Assembly: GCA_024684515.1 (NCBI GenBank)
Contig: JAIKWS010000085.1
Coordinates: 7,375 to 71,374 of the forward strand
Length of the DNA: 64,000 nt
Direction: 5' to 3'
DNA from: Prevotella sp.
Lineage (GTDB): Bacteria; Bacteroidota; Bacteroidia; Bacteroidales; Bacteroidaceae
The notes under the pieces are model-generated. The model searched no databases, had not been told where the DNA came from, and saw only the letters and a program-made list of their open reading frames with translations. The translations under genes and the position numbers were made by a program. Of this stretch, positions 8,429 to 16,871 are shown one piece after another (position 1 is the first letter of the stretch; each line of letters begins with the position of its first letter).

Positions 8429-10315
8429 TTAGAAGGTATGATTGAAGGTGATACCCTCCTTCCAGGAAAGGTCAACCGAGAAGCCAAGTTCTATTTCTGG
8501 TGTACGCAGGTCTGGAATGGTGTTGTAGGCAGTACCCAGCCCCTTAGGAGCATCTATGAAGCCATCACCATCATTATCATTGGCTGAAGAAAGGTAGTCT
8601 CCTGCACCAATAGTAAAGTTGGCAATAGTCATGAAATCCTGCATGAAGACACGATTTCCAGTATTGGCAGATCCTGATACGGAGCCAGACACGTCATTTT
8701 TGGGATCAAGCTGTGCTACCATATAGAACTTACAACCAGCGGGAACGACTCCTGTTGCACCTTCAAAATCAGCACCAGTATTAATAAATTCCAGTACGAC
8801 ATAAACCGGCTTTTCTGCTACGGTCTCCAATGCCAAAGTATAGGTGGGACCAGCAGCGGTAGTCTTATTCAGAGCCTTTGAACCATCAATCACATTGTCA
8901 TAGATGATATAGGAACCCTCGGTAGCCGGCTCAAATTTGTAATCCACCTTGTTTTGTCCGCCAATCAGGACACCCGTCAAAGTATATCCTGCAGCAGGAA
9001 TGGCCACTTCCTCACCCCTACGGTCGTAATACTTCTCGGCATCCATCTTGGCTACGGTAACATCCAGACGACCTACTGCATACTGTATCTGGTCTTTGAT
9101 AGCCACAGAACGTGTCACACTCGATACAGATGTCTTATCATAACCTGCCAGGATTGTAGCCCAAGCATTGTCATTATTATAAAGAGCAGCCTTTGAGACA
9201 TCTGCTGTCATGATTTCGCTATTGCCATAATACCACAGATTGGCAGGATAGACATAATTGGCAGCTTTTGTATTATTGCGGCCAGTATCTCCATCATAAT
9301 CGACAGTAGCAACAGCAGGAGTAGCATTAGACCAAGTCAGATAGGCAGCTCCGTCAGGCAGATTAACCTTACCGGGCCAATAAGTCTCAGAACTGTTACC
9401 GATGGCAGCAGTGAAAGTCAATGTCCCATCTGGTGTTGCCGGTGCACTTGCATAAGTACTATTGGTAATAGCTGCTGCGATAGCTTGTGAGACAGCATCT
9501 GTATTCTTGTAAACAGACTTATACAAATCCACGACGGCAGCCTGTACATCCAAGGATGAGCCTGTCGTCAGCCTGATGAAATTGGTGTATAGCTCACCTA
9601 AGCCGGCATTATACCATGCCTTATTGGCTTCCGTATTGTTAGCGGAGTTAGCGCAGTCTGCCCAATGTGTGGCAGCAGCAATGGATGTTACATAGGCTGC
9701 CAAAGCATCAGCCACATCATCCTGATAGGTTGATGGATTCCAGATCTTCACTGGTGAGAATGCGATCGTGCCTATTTCTGCATCATCCGTAATGCCAGGA
9801 CTCGTAACAGATGTTGTTACGTTCAGCCCACCCTCGGCAAACGTCGCAGTAGTCGCGGTTTGTTTTGCACGTCCGTAGAACAGGAAGCCTGAGGTTCCTA
9901 CAGGAATAGTCACATCATTATACAGCACAGCATTACTGGTAGTCAGAAGTGATGCTTTGGGAATGCTATTAGAAACTTCCGTGACTGAAGGCATGGTCAT
10001 GTTTTTAAATATAATGTTGCTACCCAGACGAGCTGTCCTGTCAGTAGGACTGGCATAGGGAATTAGCGTGATGCTGTCGATGCCACGGAAAGAAGCGATA
10101 GTCTGAGCATACTGTACTGTAGCAGCAGACTGGCGGGTAGTATTATTATTTACCACACCGTCCGTAAGAGCTATGGTGAGTTGCGTTTTCACGTTCTCTC
10201 CATCATAAGTGGGGTTTACATCCGCCACCTCATCTTCCGAGGAGCAAGCGGAGAAACCTACTGCACCAACGAGTGCTATTGCACTCAGAAAGGCATACTT
10301 GAACTTCTTTTTCAT
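8429..10315 (-). CDS. Mfa1/FimA-like type V pilin paralog (628 aa), stalk candidate
   Basis: Lipobox FSAC plus SSEDE. Motifs NTTRQ...FRGIDSITLIPY, IQYAVGRLDVTVA and VPAGCKFYMVAQLDP. C-terminal motif IELGFSVDLSWKEG. Visibly more AT-rich than the downstream paralogs. Confidence 0.7.
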   Translation of the reverse strand: MKKKFKYAFLSAIALVGAVGFSACSSEDEVADVNPTYDGENVKTQLTIALTDGVVNNNTTRQSAATVQYAQTIASFRGIDSITLIPYASPTDRTARLGSNIIFKNMTMPSVTEVSNSIPKASLLTTSNAVLYNDVTIPVGTSGFLFYGRAKQTATTATFAEGGLNVTTSVTSPGITDDAEIGTIAFSPVKIWNPSTYQDDVADALAAYVTSIAAATHWADCANSANNTEANKAWYNAGLGELYTNFIRLTTGSSLDVQAAVVDLYKSVYKNTDAVSQAIAAAITNSTYASAPATPDGTLTFTAAIGNSSETYWPGKVNLPDGAAYLTWSNATPAVATVDYDGDTGRNNTKAANYVYPANLWYYGNSEIMTADVSKAALYNNDNAWATILAGYDKTSVSSVTRSVAIKDQIQYAVGRLDVTVAKMDAEKYYDRRGEEVAIPAAGYTLTGVLIGGQNKVDYKFEPATEGSYIIYDNVIDGSKALNKTTAAGPTYTLALETVAEKPVYVVLEFINTGADFEGATGVVPAGCKFYMVAQLDPKNDVSGSVSGSANTGNRVFMQDFMTIANFTIGAGDYLSSANDNDGDGFIDAPKGLGTAYNTIPDLRTPEIELGFSVDLSWKEGITFNHTF

Positions 10316-10384
10316 AAGTTTCTCAATTTTTATTTGTTATTACTTTTTTATTACTTAACTATAGTGCTTTTTTTCTTCATTACA

Positions 10385-12292
10385 TCATTCTATGGCAATG
10401 GTTTGTGTTATCCCCTGTTGCCATGACAGATCCACAGAGAGTCCCAGCTCCAGCTGCGGCATGCGCAGGTCTGGCAGGGTGTTATAGGCATTCTTCAGAC
10501 TGCCAACACTGAGGGTGACAGTTGTCACATAGTCGCGTACAAAAGCCTTCTTGATAAGCGTTTCTGTACCCGTGTACTTTGCTGTCGTGTTCGCCCAGGG
10601 GTCGAGTTTACCAATCAGATAGAACTTGCAGCCAGGAGGAATCAGGTGATAGACCTTGCCTGTTAGTTCCGCTGCGGTACTGTAGCCACTGATGGTCTCT
10701 GTTGAATTATTCTGAAACTCCACTGCGATATATACATCGCCATCGGTATTGCCTGTACCTTCAACATCATCGATGGTCTCAAAGCAAAGCGTGTGGTTAG
10801 TCACAGTATTTCCTTTCTGCAGATACATACCCGATGGGATGTCGCAGTCGTAGATGGTCTTACCACCTGCCGCTGCCGGTATGAACTGCCAGTCTACCGT
10901 CTGATTCTGGTTGCCGACGAGGACTCCCGTCACGGGGAACAGATGGCTGGTGTTTGTCGAACTGACATTGAAGGAGACACTTTCGTTGTCAAGAAGAGCA
11001 TCTGTACTTGGCAGGACTTTTACGTCTAGTCGTCCTACGGCATAGTTGATGGGATTGACGAGGACCACGGACTTCGTTGCCGTGGTAATGATATTGCCAT
11101 TCGTGTAGAGGTCAAGGACGTCAGACCACTTTGACTTTGAACCATAGTTGCTCGCCTGCTTGGCATTCGACGTGCTGATGGTCGTATTACCGAAATAGTA
11201 GAGCGGGGCAGGATAGACATAGTCCGTGGCATCGCTGACCGTGAACTTACTTCCCATGTTGGTAGTATTCCACTGCGTTTCGAAGGCAGAAGAGGTTGCA
11301 TTCCACTCGATGCTTGCCGCACCATCAGGCAATCCGATGTTGGCAGGATAGCCGCTGATGGCATCCGTAAAGGTCAGCGTTCCTGTGGGATTATTTTCCG
11401 AATCTTTTCCTGCAGAGGCATAAGTTACATCGGTGATCGCTGTGACAATAGCCTGAGAAACAGCATCCGTCAGCCTATACACATTGACATACAACTGCTG
11501 CACAGCAGCCTGGATGTTTGCCGAGGAGCCAGAGGTGATGAGCAGGAATTTATCGTAAAGCAATTTCAGATTGCCAGTAGAACTGCTCCAGCCACTGGCC
11601 TTTGCGATATTCGTGAGATAAGTATTGATGGCTGCAGCCTTGGTATCACCAGACTGAGTAGTCTTTCCACCTGTTTCATCGGTGGCAATAGGAACGTGAG
11701 AGAAACTGATTCCGCTCAGACTTTCACCGGTAAGACCGCTTTCTGCGAGAGCTCCGTTGATATGGTTTATGTAAATGTTGTCTGTTGCTGTGCCATCAGC
11801 CTGTGGGGTTGCCGCACCATAGAACAGGAAGGCATTGGTACCCATCTGGATATCGACGTCAGCATAGGTCTGTGCATGGTCTGCCGTGGAATTAAGGGCT
11901 GTTGACGCTGCTGCTACAGTATTTGCAATAGAAATAGTAGGTTTTGCACTAGCCACTGGCAGCACGAGGTTCGCGCCATTGCGGGTGGCATTCTCCGTGC
12001 CTACCACATTGCCATCAGTGGTAAGGAATGGTATCAGCTTCACACCGCTGATGCCACGAAACGATTCCACCGTCTGTGCTGACTGCACAGTGGCGTCCGA
12101 CTGACGGGTAACGGATTTGCCGGCATTCGAATTACTGAACGACAGGCTGATCTGTGCCTTGATCACCCCTGTCCGTCCTGACACGACCAGATCGTTATCG
12201 TAATCACTGCAGGCAACGACAAAAAGTGTCAGCACCGGGATAAGAAGGCAGGCCAAAGAACCTTTGAGCATTATTTTGTTCATTCTATTCAT
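10385..12292 (-). CDS. Mfa1/FimA-like type V pilin paralog (635 aa), first gene of the pilin block
   Basis: Lipobox VVAC plus SDYDND. Motifs SVTRQ...FRGISGVKLIPF, INYAVGRLDVKV and IPPGCKFYLIGKLDP. C-terminal motif LELGLSVDLSWQQG. Confidence 0.7.
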   Translation of the reverse strand: MNRMNKIMLKGSLACLLIPVLTLFVVACSDYDNDLVVSGRTGVIKAQISLSFSNSNAGKSVTRQSDATVQSAQTVESFRGISGVKLIPFLTTDGNVVGTENATRNGANLVLPVASAKPTISIANTVAAASTALNSTADHAQTYADVDIQMGTNAFLFYGAATPQADGTATDNIYINHINGALAESGLTGESLSGISFSHVPIATDETGGKTTQSGDTKAAAINTYLTNIAKASGWSSSTGNLKLLYDKFLLITSGSSANIQAAVQQLYVNVYRLTDAVSQAIVTAITDVTYASAGKDSENNPTGTLTFTDAISGYPANIGLPDGAASIEWNATSSAFETQWNTTNMGSKFTVSDATDYVYPAPLYYFGNTTISTSNAKQASNYGSKSKWSDVLDLYTNGNIITTATKSVVLVNPINYAVGRLDVKVLPSTDALLDNESVSFNVSSTNTSHLFPVTGVLVGNQNQTVDWQFIPAAAGGKTIYDCDIPSGMYLQKGNTVTNHTLCFETIDDVEGTGNTDGDVYIAVEFQNNSTETISGYSTAAELTGKVYHLIPPGCKFYLIGKLDPWANTTAKYTGTETLIKKAFVRDYVTTVTLSVGSLKNAYNTLPDLRMPQLELGLSVDLSWQQGITQTIAIE

Positions 12293-12346
12293 GAATAGTT
12301 ATTCTTTACGACTTGATTCTTTCAAAAAATGGCGAGAGAGTGAGAG

Positions 12347-12361
12347 TAGTTATGCAACGCT
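12347..12361 (-). promoter_or_regulatory. Leader motif AGCGTTGCATAACTA shared with the pilus locus 2 leader
   Basis: 13/15 identical to AACGTCGCATAACTA at 22325-22339. It lies 54 nt upstream of the start codon, versus 58 nt in locus 2. Confidence 0.3.
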
Positions 12362-12455
12362 CAGTACACTTGTCACATCTTGTTTTGCCTTGCGGCACCT
12401 CATCGAGTTCTAGTTCGCGACCTAATATTTATGTACGCGATTCATTTTTATAATG

Positions 12456-12463
12456 CAAAGTTA
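12456..12463 (-). promoter_or_regulatory. Candidate Bacteroidetes -7 promoter box (TAACTTTG) for the pilin block
   Basis: Exact match to TAnnTTTG on the minus strand, about 165 nt upstream of the ATG at 12292. No clear -33 TTTG was seen. Confidence 0.45.
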
Positions 12464-12810
12464 GTCATTTTTATTTAATTAGCAACTATTCAGGGGAATT
12501 TTTTTTTATGTTTTTGTAAATTCTGCTACTTTTTTTGTATATTTCAACATTCTGAGACGGTTTTCACCTTATTTTTTTTACCTTTAAACATAACAATTGT
12601 GCGAACCGAACTTTTGGAAATGACCCCAAAAACCATTTGTGTGCATGAAAACCAAGTACAAAAGATTGGCTAGACACACAAATCAGAGAGAGAAAACCAG
12701 CTGCTTGAACTCTGGAAGTTGACGAAAACCAGAGCATGAGAAAGTTGAGATTTTTCTTCTGCTATCAACTCACAATCGTGGAGTTCAAAAAAAATTCTTG
12801 TAGTTGTTTT

Positions 12811-12915
12811 GCACAACACCTCATACAATCGCCGGAAATGCCCTGACACAGGATGTTTCAGACCTGGTGGGTGTTGGCCAAACACCCCATAAACACCTCA
12901 TAAACACCTCATACA
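12811..12915. repeat. Left arm of a ~105-bp imperfect inverted repeat
   Basis: Hand alignment to the reverse complement of 13333-13437 gives roughly 85% identity. The core is GAAATGCCCTG..CAGG..TTTCAG.CCTGGTGGGTGTTG.CCAAACACC followed by ACACCTCATAA-type units. Confidence 0.7.
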
Positions 12916-13028
12916 ACACCTCATAAACACCCCATAAACACCTCATACAACACCTCATAAACACCTCATACAACACCTCATAAACACCTCGTTGGCACCT
13001 CGTTGGCACTTCACAAAACACCTCGTAA
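12882..13028. repeat. Tandem array of ~13 units of 11-12 nt (ACACCTCATAA / ACACCTCATACA and variants)
   Basis: Read directly from the sequence. The units are ACACCCCATAA, ACACCTCATAA and ACACCTCATACA in alternating 11/12-nt steps, degenerating to CACCTCGTTGG at the right end. Three further units occur in inverted orientation at 13333-13372. Confidence 0.9.
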
Positions 13029-13332
13029 ACATATTACCAAAGTCACAAAAGTTACCAATTGAAACAATAAAAGATATTTACATAAGAAAAACTGTCTCCC
13101 ATCCTGTTTTTTCTCCCTAGTTAGGAAAAAATATTTCTCTCGCCTAGAAAATAGTTTTTCGTAACGAAAGAAGAAAAAACGCATCATATGAAGCAACGAA
13201 AATATTTTACAAATGAAACAAATCAAGAGATCTTTAGAATTAAATTACTTTACAAAACGAAAATAACGCAAGAACCTGTCTTTTAACGTCAATAGTTAAT
13301 GAATCATAAAATAACGGCCATAAAGGCCTTTT

Positions 13333-13437
13333 TCATGAGGTGTTATATGAGGTGTTTACGAGGTGTTTGGGCAACACCCACCAGGCCTGAAACGCCCTGT
13401 AGCAGGGCATTTCGAGGCAATTCGTATGAGATGTTGC
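13333..13437. repeat. Right arm of the ~105-bp imperfect inverted repeat
   Basis: Its reverse complement aligns with 12811-12915. It contains an internal hairpin GCCCTG-tag-CAGGGC. Confidence 0.7.
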
Positions 13438-13671
13438 TAAAAAAGAGTAGTATTTTATTTGAAAAATCATCGTTTGTTGGTAATAAAATCGGACAAAAGG
13501 TGTCGTTGTAAGAACACCCTCCCTACCCTTCCACTGAGATGAGCGAGACCACACACGGAGGGCCAAAGCACACAGCAAGATGGCACTCGGATGGTGCTCT
13601 GTAGGATGGTGCCCAGTCATAGCATCCATCCGGTGGTACACCTAAAAAAAAGAGGTAGAAGAACGTCTGAG

Positions 13672-14784
13672 CTACCACGGGTTCCTCACCCATGTATTGA
13701 CCGCCTGTCCCATGAAGCGTTTGAAGGCATTGCTGAAGGTGCGATAGCTTCGGAAGCCACTGTCGTAGGCCAGCTGCTGGGCAGAGACAGAACCGAGCTG
13801 TGGCTGTGAGATGGCCTCGCGATAGAGACGTACGAAGTGCTCGACTCGCAAACGGTTGATATAGGCATTGTAGGTGGTGCCCTGGTCGGCTAAATACTGG
13901 CTGAGATACGTGCGATTGGTTCCTATGGCACGACAGAGCTGGTCGAGGGTGAGGTCGCTATGCAGATACAACTGACGCGATTCGCAACATTCTTCTAGCA
14001 GGCTGCCTATGCCGGTAAGGGTAGAGGGTGACATAGCGGTCCTGGCCGTGGCCAACTGTCCGTCGACATCGTCTGCGGCAAGGGTGCCGTCAGCTACCAG
14101 GCTCTGCAACGATTCCACACGCCAGAGCACGATGATGACAAGGATGACAGAAATGAGCATCGAGAGATACTCTATCCACAGGGCTCCCATATTGAACAGA
14201 TAGACGATATAGAAGAGCTGGACACCTACTATCAGCACGAGATTCTTGCCCAGCTCCTTGTTCCTGAGATCCGAGAAGTTGGCTCGCAGCCAGTGCCCAT
14301 ACTGTCGCAAGGCATAGGCCATGTAGCTAAAGAAGAATAGGAACAGCAACGTGACATAGATGCTGATCAGCCACGTGAAACTGGCATCACGCATCACAAT
14401 GCCCACGACAACGGCTATCAGCACTCCTGGAGCAACCATCAGGGCTACTGGCCATAATGGACGACGACGGTCCTGCAGCATGCGGATGAGCAACGGCAGC
14501 AAGGTGAATCCCATGAAGAGGATGTCGAGTGCCTGACCAAGGGCATTGCCCAGCACCAGGTCGTCGAACGTACATCCCAGCACCACCCACCACAGATTGC
14601 TCAGTGCGAATGTCCCCACGACACCAGCTGCCCAGTAGCGTAACTCCCTGGGAGGCTGTACCGTCATCGAAAAGGCATTGCCACGTCTGAACAGCAGGTA
14701 AAGACATACCAGCACATAGAAGACGGTAACACCCCCATAGGATGCTACGAACAAGGCATCATGAAATGCTTGCAGTTCATACAT
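13672..14784 (-). CDS. Membrane-embedded AraC-family transcriptional regulator (about 7 TM segments plus a C-terminal HTH)
   Basis: 370 aa. About seven hydrophobic segments in residues 1-235. The C-terminal tail is AraC-like: LTLDQLCRAIGTNRTYLSQYL...YINRLRVEHFVRL...AYDSGFRSYRTFSNAFKRFMG. Confidence 0.75.
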   Translation of the reverse strand: MYELQAFHDALFVASYGGVTVFYVLVCLYLLFRRGNAFSMTVQPPRELRYWAAGVVGTFALSNLWWVVLGCTFDDLVLGNALGQALDILFMGFTLLPLLIRMLQDRRRPLWPVALMVAPGVLIAVVVGIVMRDASFTWLISIYVTLLFLFFFSYMAYALRQYGHWLRANFSDLRNKELGKNLVLIVGVQLFYIVYLFNMGALWIEYLSMLISVILVIIVLWRVESLQSLVADGTLAADDVDGQLATARTAMSPSTLTGIGSLLEECCESRQLYLHSDLTLDQLCRAIGTNRTYLSQYLADQGTTYNAYINRLRVEHFVRLYREAISQPQLGSVSAQQLAYDSGFRSYRTFSNAFKRFMGQAVNTWVRNPW

Positions 14785-14827
14785 ATTACGACTATTTTTC
14801 GGACTTATGCCTCGTAAGTGACTCAGT

Positions 14828-14835
14828 CAAAGCTA
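14828..14835 (-). promoter_or_regulatory. Candidate -7 box (TAGCTTTG) for the AraC-like gene
   Basis: TAnnTTTG on the minus strand, 44 nt upstream of the ATG at 14784. A second match (TACTTTTG) lies at 14887-14894. Confidence 0.4.
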
Positions 14836-15214
14836 CTTGAACCGCAAATATCTCTTTCCGCAGGCCCTTCGCATCCAATCAGCGGTCAAAAGTACGAAAA
14901 ACACACAGATAATTATCTATTACGAGAAAGAAAATAACATTAATTAACAGACAGCAAGGAGGGTCCTTCCTTTTTTTGAAAACATCGAAAGACACGAAAT
15001 ATCCGAAAACATCTCTATCTCCCAAACGATGGGATGCTGGCTTATCCCTCAACGATGTGTGATCCTGAAAAGGGGTATGAACGGGGAAAAGGGGGTGGAA
15101 TCCGTATCTGGATACAGACCTCGGGCAGCCACACGAATGGCTGCGTCATGAAACAACACTTAGTGACTTTTCAACAGTCTGCCGTCTTGCTACCCAGTGC
15201 AAGAGGCCAGACTG

Positions 15215-16843
15215 CTAACGGGTTATCTGTCTCAGGTTCTCACGGGCATCGTGATTGCCATTGTCAGCAGCCCTGCGGAAATAGGTGATGGCCTCGTCGT
15301 GGCGATCACAATACCAGAGTGCCACAGCTAGCGCATTCCAGCCACGAGGGTCGTCACGCACCTCGCTGAGCTTGGCAAGGGCTTCCTGATAGCGGCCTTC
15401 TGCCAGCAGCTGCGTGCCACTGTTGATGCTGGCGGCACGGGTGTCGGGCACATAGTCGTAGTAGATGCGCAGGTAGCCCGAGTTGCGCTGGTCGGGCAAC
15501 AGCTGTTCGCGGATATAGCGATAGGTGCTGCCGCCATCGATGGTGCGCAGCCGCTGTTCGCGACGGCTCAGGTCTGCCTCGCTGTCGATGATGGCGATGG
15601 CCTGTCGCAGGGCCTGCACCTCGCTGTCGGAGTGTGTGCCAGGAGCGATGACCACATCGTTGATCTGGTCGCGAAGCTCTGTCCAAGCCTCACCGCCATT
15701 GCAGAGCTCGTAGAGGGTGTCGGGGGTAGCCACCTGCTGCTGGATATAGGCTTTCAGGGCCTCGGCTCGCTGGGCTGCCAGCTCCTCGTTGTGGGTCACG
15801 GCACCTTCTACTGAGGCCAGTCCTATAATCTGTATGCGACACACGTTGCTGGTGCTGTCAGCCAGAATCTGACGGGTGATATCTACGATACGGTCCAGCA
15901 CGCCGGCATTGTCACGATAGTCGCTGCTCAGCTCGCTCTTGTCGAGGGGGAAATGGACATAGAGGGCTCCCTTCTCCTTGCGTAGTATGCGTGTGCGGTC
16001 GTAGGGACGGTATTGTGAGATGTGTTCCAGCACGGGGTTGTCCCGCTGCAGGATGCCTGCCTGACCAGAGAAGTCGGCCACGGGATGGATGACGAAATGG
16101 GGCTTGACAGGCTCTACAGGCTCTGCAGGCTGGATGGGCACCACGGCATACTGTGGCTGTGTAGGCTGCGGGTGCAGCACCAGGTTGAGTGCCAGCTTGG
16201 GCATGAGGAAGGGTCCTGAGAAGTCGCCAACCTTCATCCCACAGCGTCCACACCGATAGCTGTCGCCCAAGGCATAGCCCACGTCGAGGCCTGCCTCAGC
16301 CTCGATGCGCAGCCAGCGGCATAGTCGCCACGAACGGCCCACGCTGGCTCCCACAGCCACCAGGTCTCCCTGTCGCCGCTCGTCCTTGACGGCACTGTAG
16401 AGGGTGCCAATGGGGAAGTCCACATCGGCCACGTTGAAATGGCTGTACACGGCATTCACACCCCAGAACCAGGAACGGTCGGCAAAGGTGGAGTCACTCC
16501 AGTGGCGCAGCTCGGGCATGATGAGCACATGCCGCCACTTGCGGCTGGTATCGTCGCTGGTGGGCCAGGGACGATAGCCTGCCGTGAGACCGATGCTCCA
16601 CCGACGGGACAGTCGCCAGTCTACTCCAAGATTGGGGGTGAGGAAGGCATCGTAGAGCAGGTTGTTGCGCACGGCAAGGGGGAAGGTATGTCCAGGCTTG
16701 ACGATGTGCGTGGAGTCGATGCGATAGCCTGGAGGTGGCAACTGCTGCTGGGCATGCGAGGCAAGACTCATGACGATGACCAGGCAGAGCGATAGGGCTA
16801 TCCTCCTGCCGGTATGGGACTTAGTAGTGGTATTTATGCTCAT
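15215..16843 (-). CDS. DUF3575-like beta-barrel / OmpA-like outer-membrane protein with a TPR-like tail; head of pilus locus 1
   Basis: Start trimmed to MSINTTT... because a -7 box falls inside the longer ORF. Signal peptide ends ...SLASHAQ. The N-terminal region is NLLYDAFLTPNLGVDWRLSRRWSIGLTAGYRPW, followed by a Pro-rich linker. The OmpA-like motif is IIGLASVEGAVTHNEELAAQRAEALKAYI. Paralog of 22398-23651. Confidence 0.65.
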   Translation of the reverse strand: MSINTTTKSHTGRRIALSLCLVIVMSLASHAQQQLPPPGYRIDSTHIVKPGHTFPLAVRNNLLYDAFLTPNLGVDWRLSRRWSIGLTAGYRPWPTSDDTSRKWRHVLIMPELRHWSDSTFADRSWFWGVNAVYSHFNVADVDFPIGTLYSAVKDERRQGDLVAVGASVGRSWRLCRWLRIEAEAGLDVGYALGDSYRCGRCGMKVGDFSGPFLMPKLALNLVLHPQPTQPQYAVVPIQPAEPVEPVKPHFVIHPVADFSGQAGILQRDNPVLEHISQYRPYDRTRILRKEKGALYVHFPLDKSELSSDYRDNAGVLDRIVDITRQILADSTSNVCRIQIIGLASVEGAVTHNEELAAQRAEALKAYIQQQVATPDTLYELCNGGEAWTELRDQINDVVIAPGTHSDSEVQALRQAIAIIDSEADLSRREQRLRTIDGGSTYRYIREQLLPDQRNSGYLRIYYDYVPDTRAASINSGTQLLAEGRYQEALAKLSEVRDDPRGWNALAVALWYCDRHDEAITYFRRAADNGNHDARENLRQITR

Positions 16844-16863
16844 GGCGGAATGATTTGAATGGA

Positions 16864-16871
16864 CAAATATA
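16864..16871 (-). promoter_or_regulatory. Candidate -7 box (TATATTTG)
   Basis: TAnnTTTG on the minus strand, 21 nt upstream of the ATG at 16843. Confidence 0.45.

Noticed and set aside
12821-13021. ORFs that translate tandem repeat arrays: 12821-13021, 12670-12885, 13011-13226, 13299-13511, 13333-13641, 21424-21741, 21510-21752, 21679-21888, 21690-21917 and 49091-49309.
   Set aside because: Their peptide sequences are just the repeats read in frame (for example YEVLYEVFMRC, or LSATCPLLVRYLSATCPL). They have no start context or motifs, and several mutually overlap on both strands.
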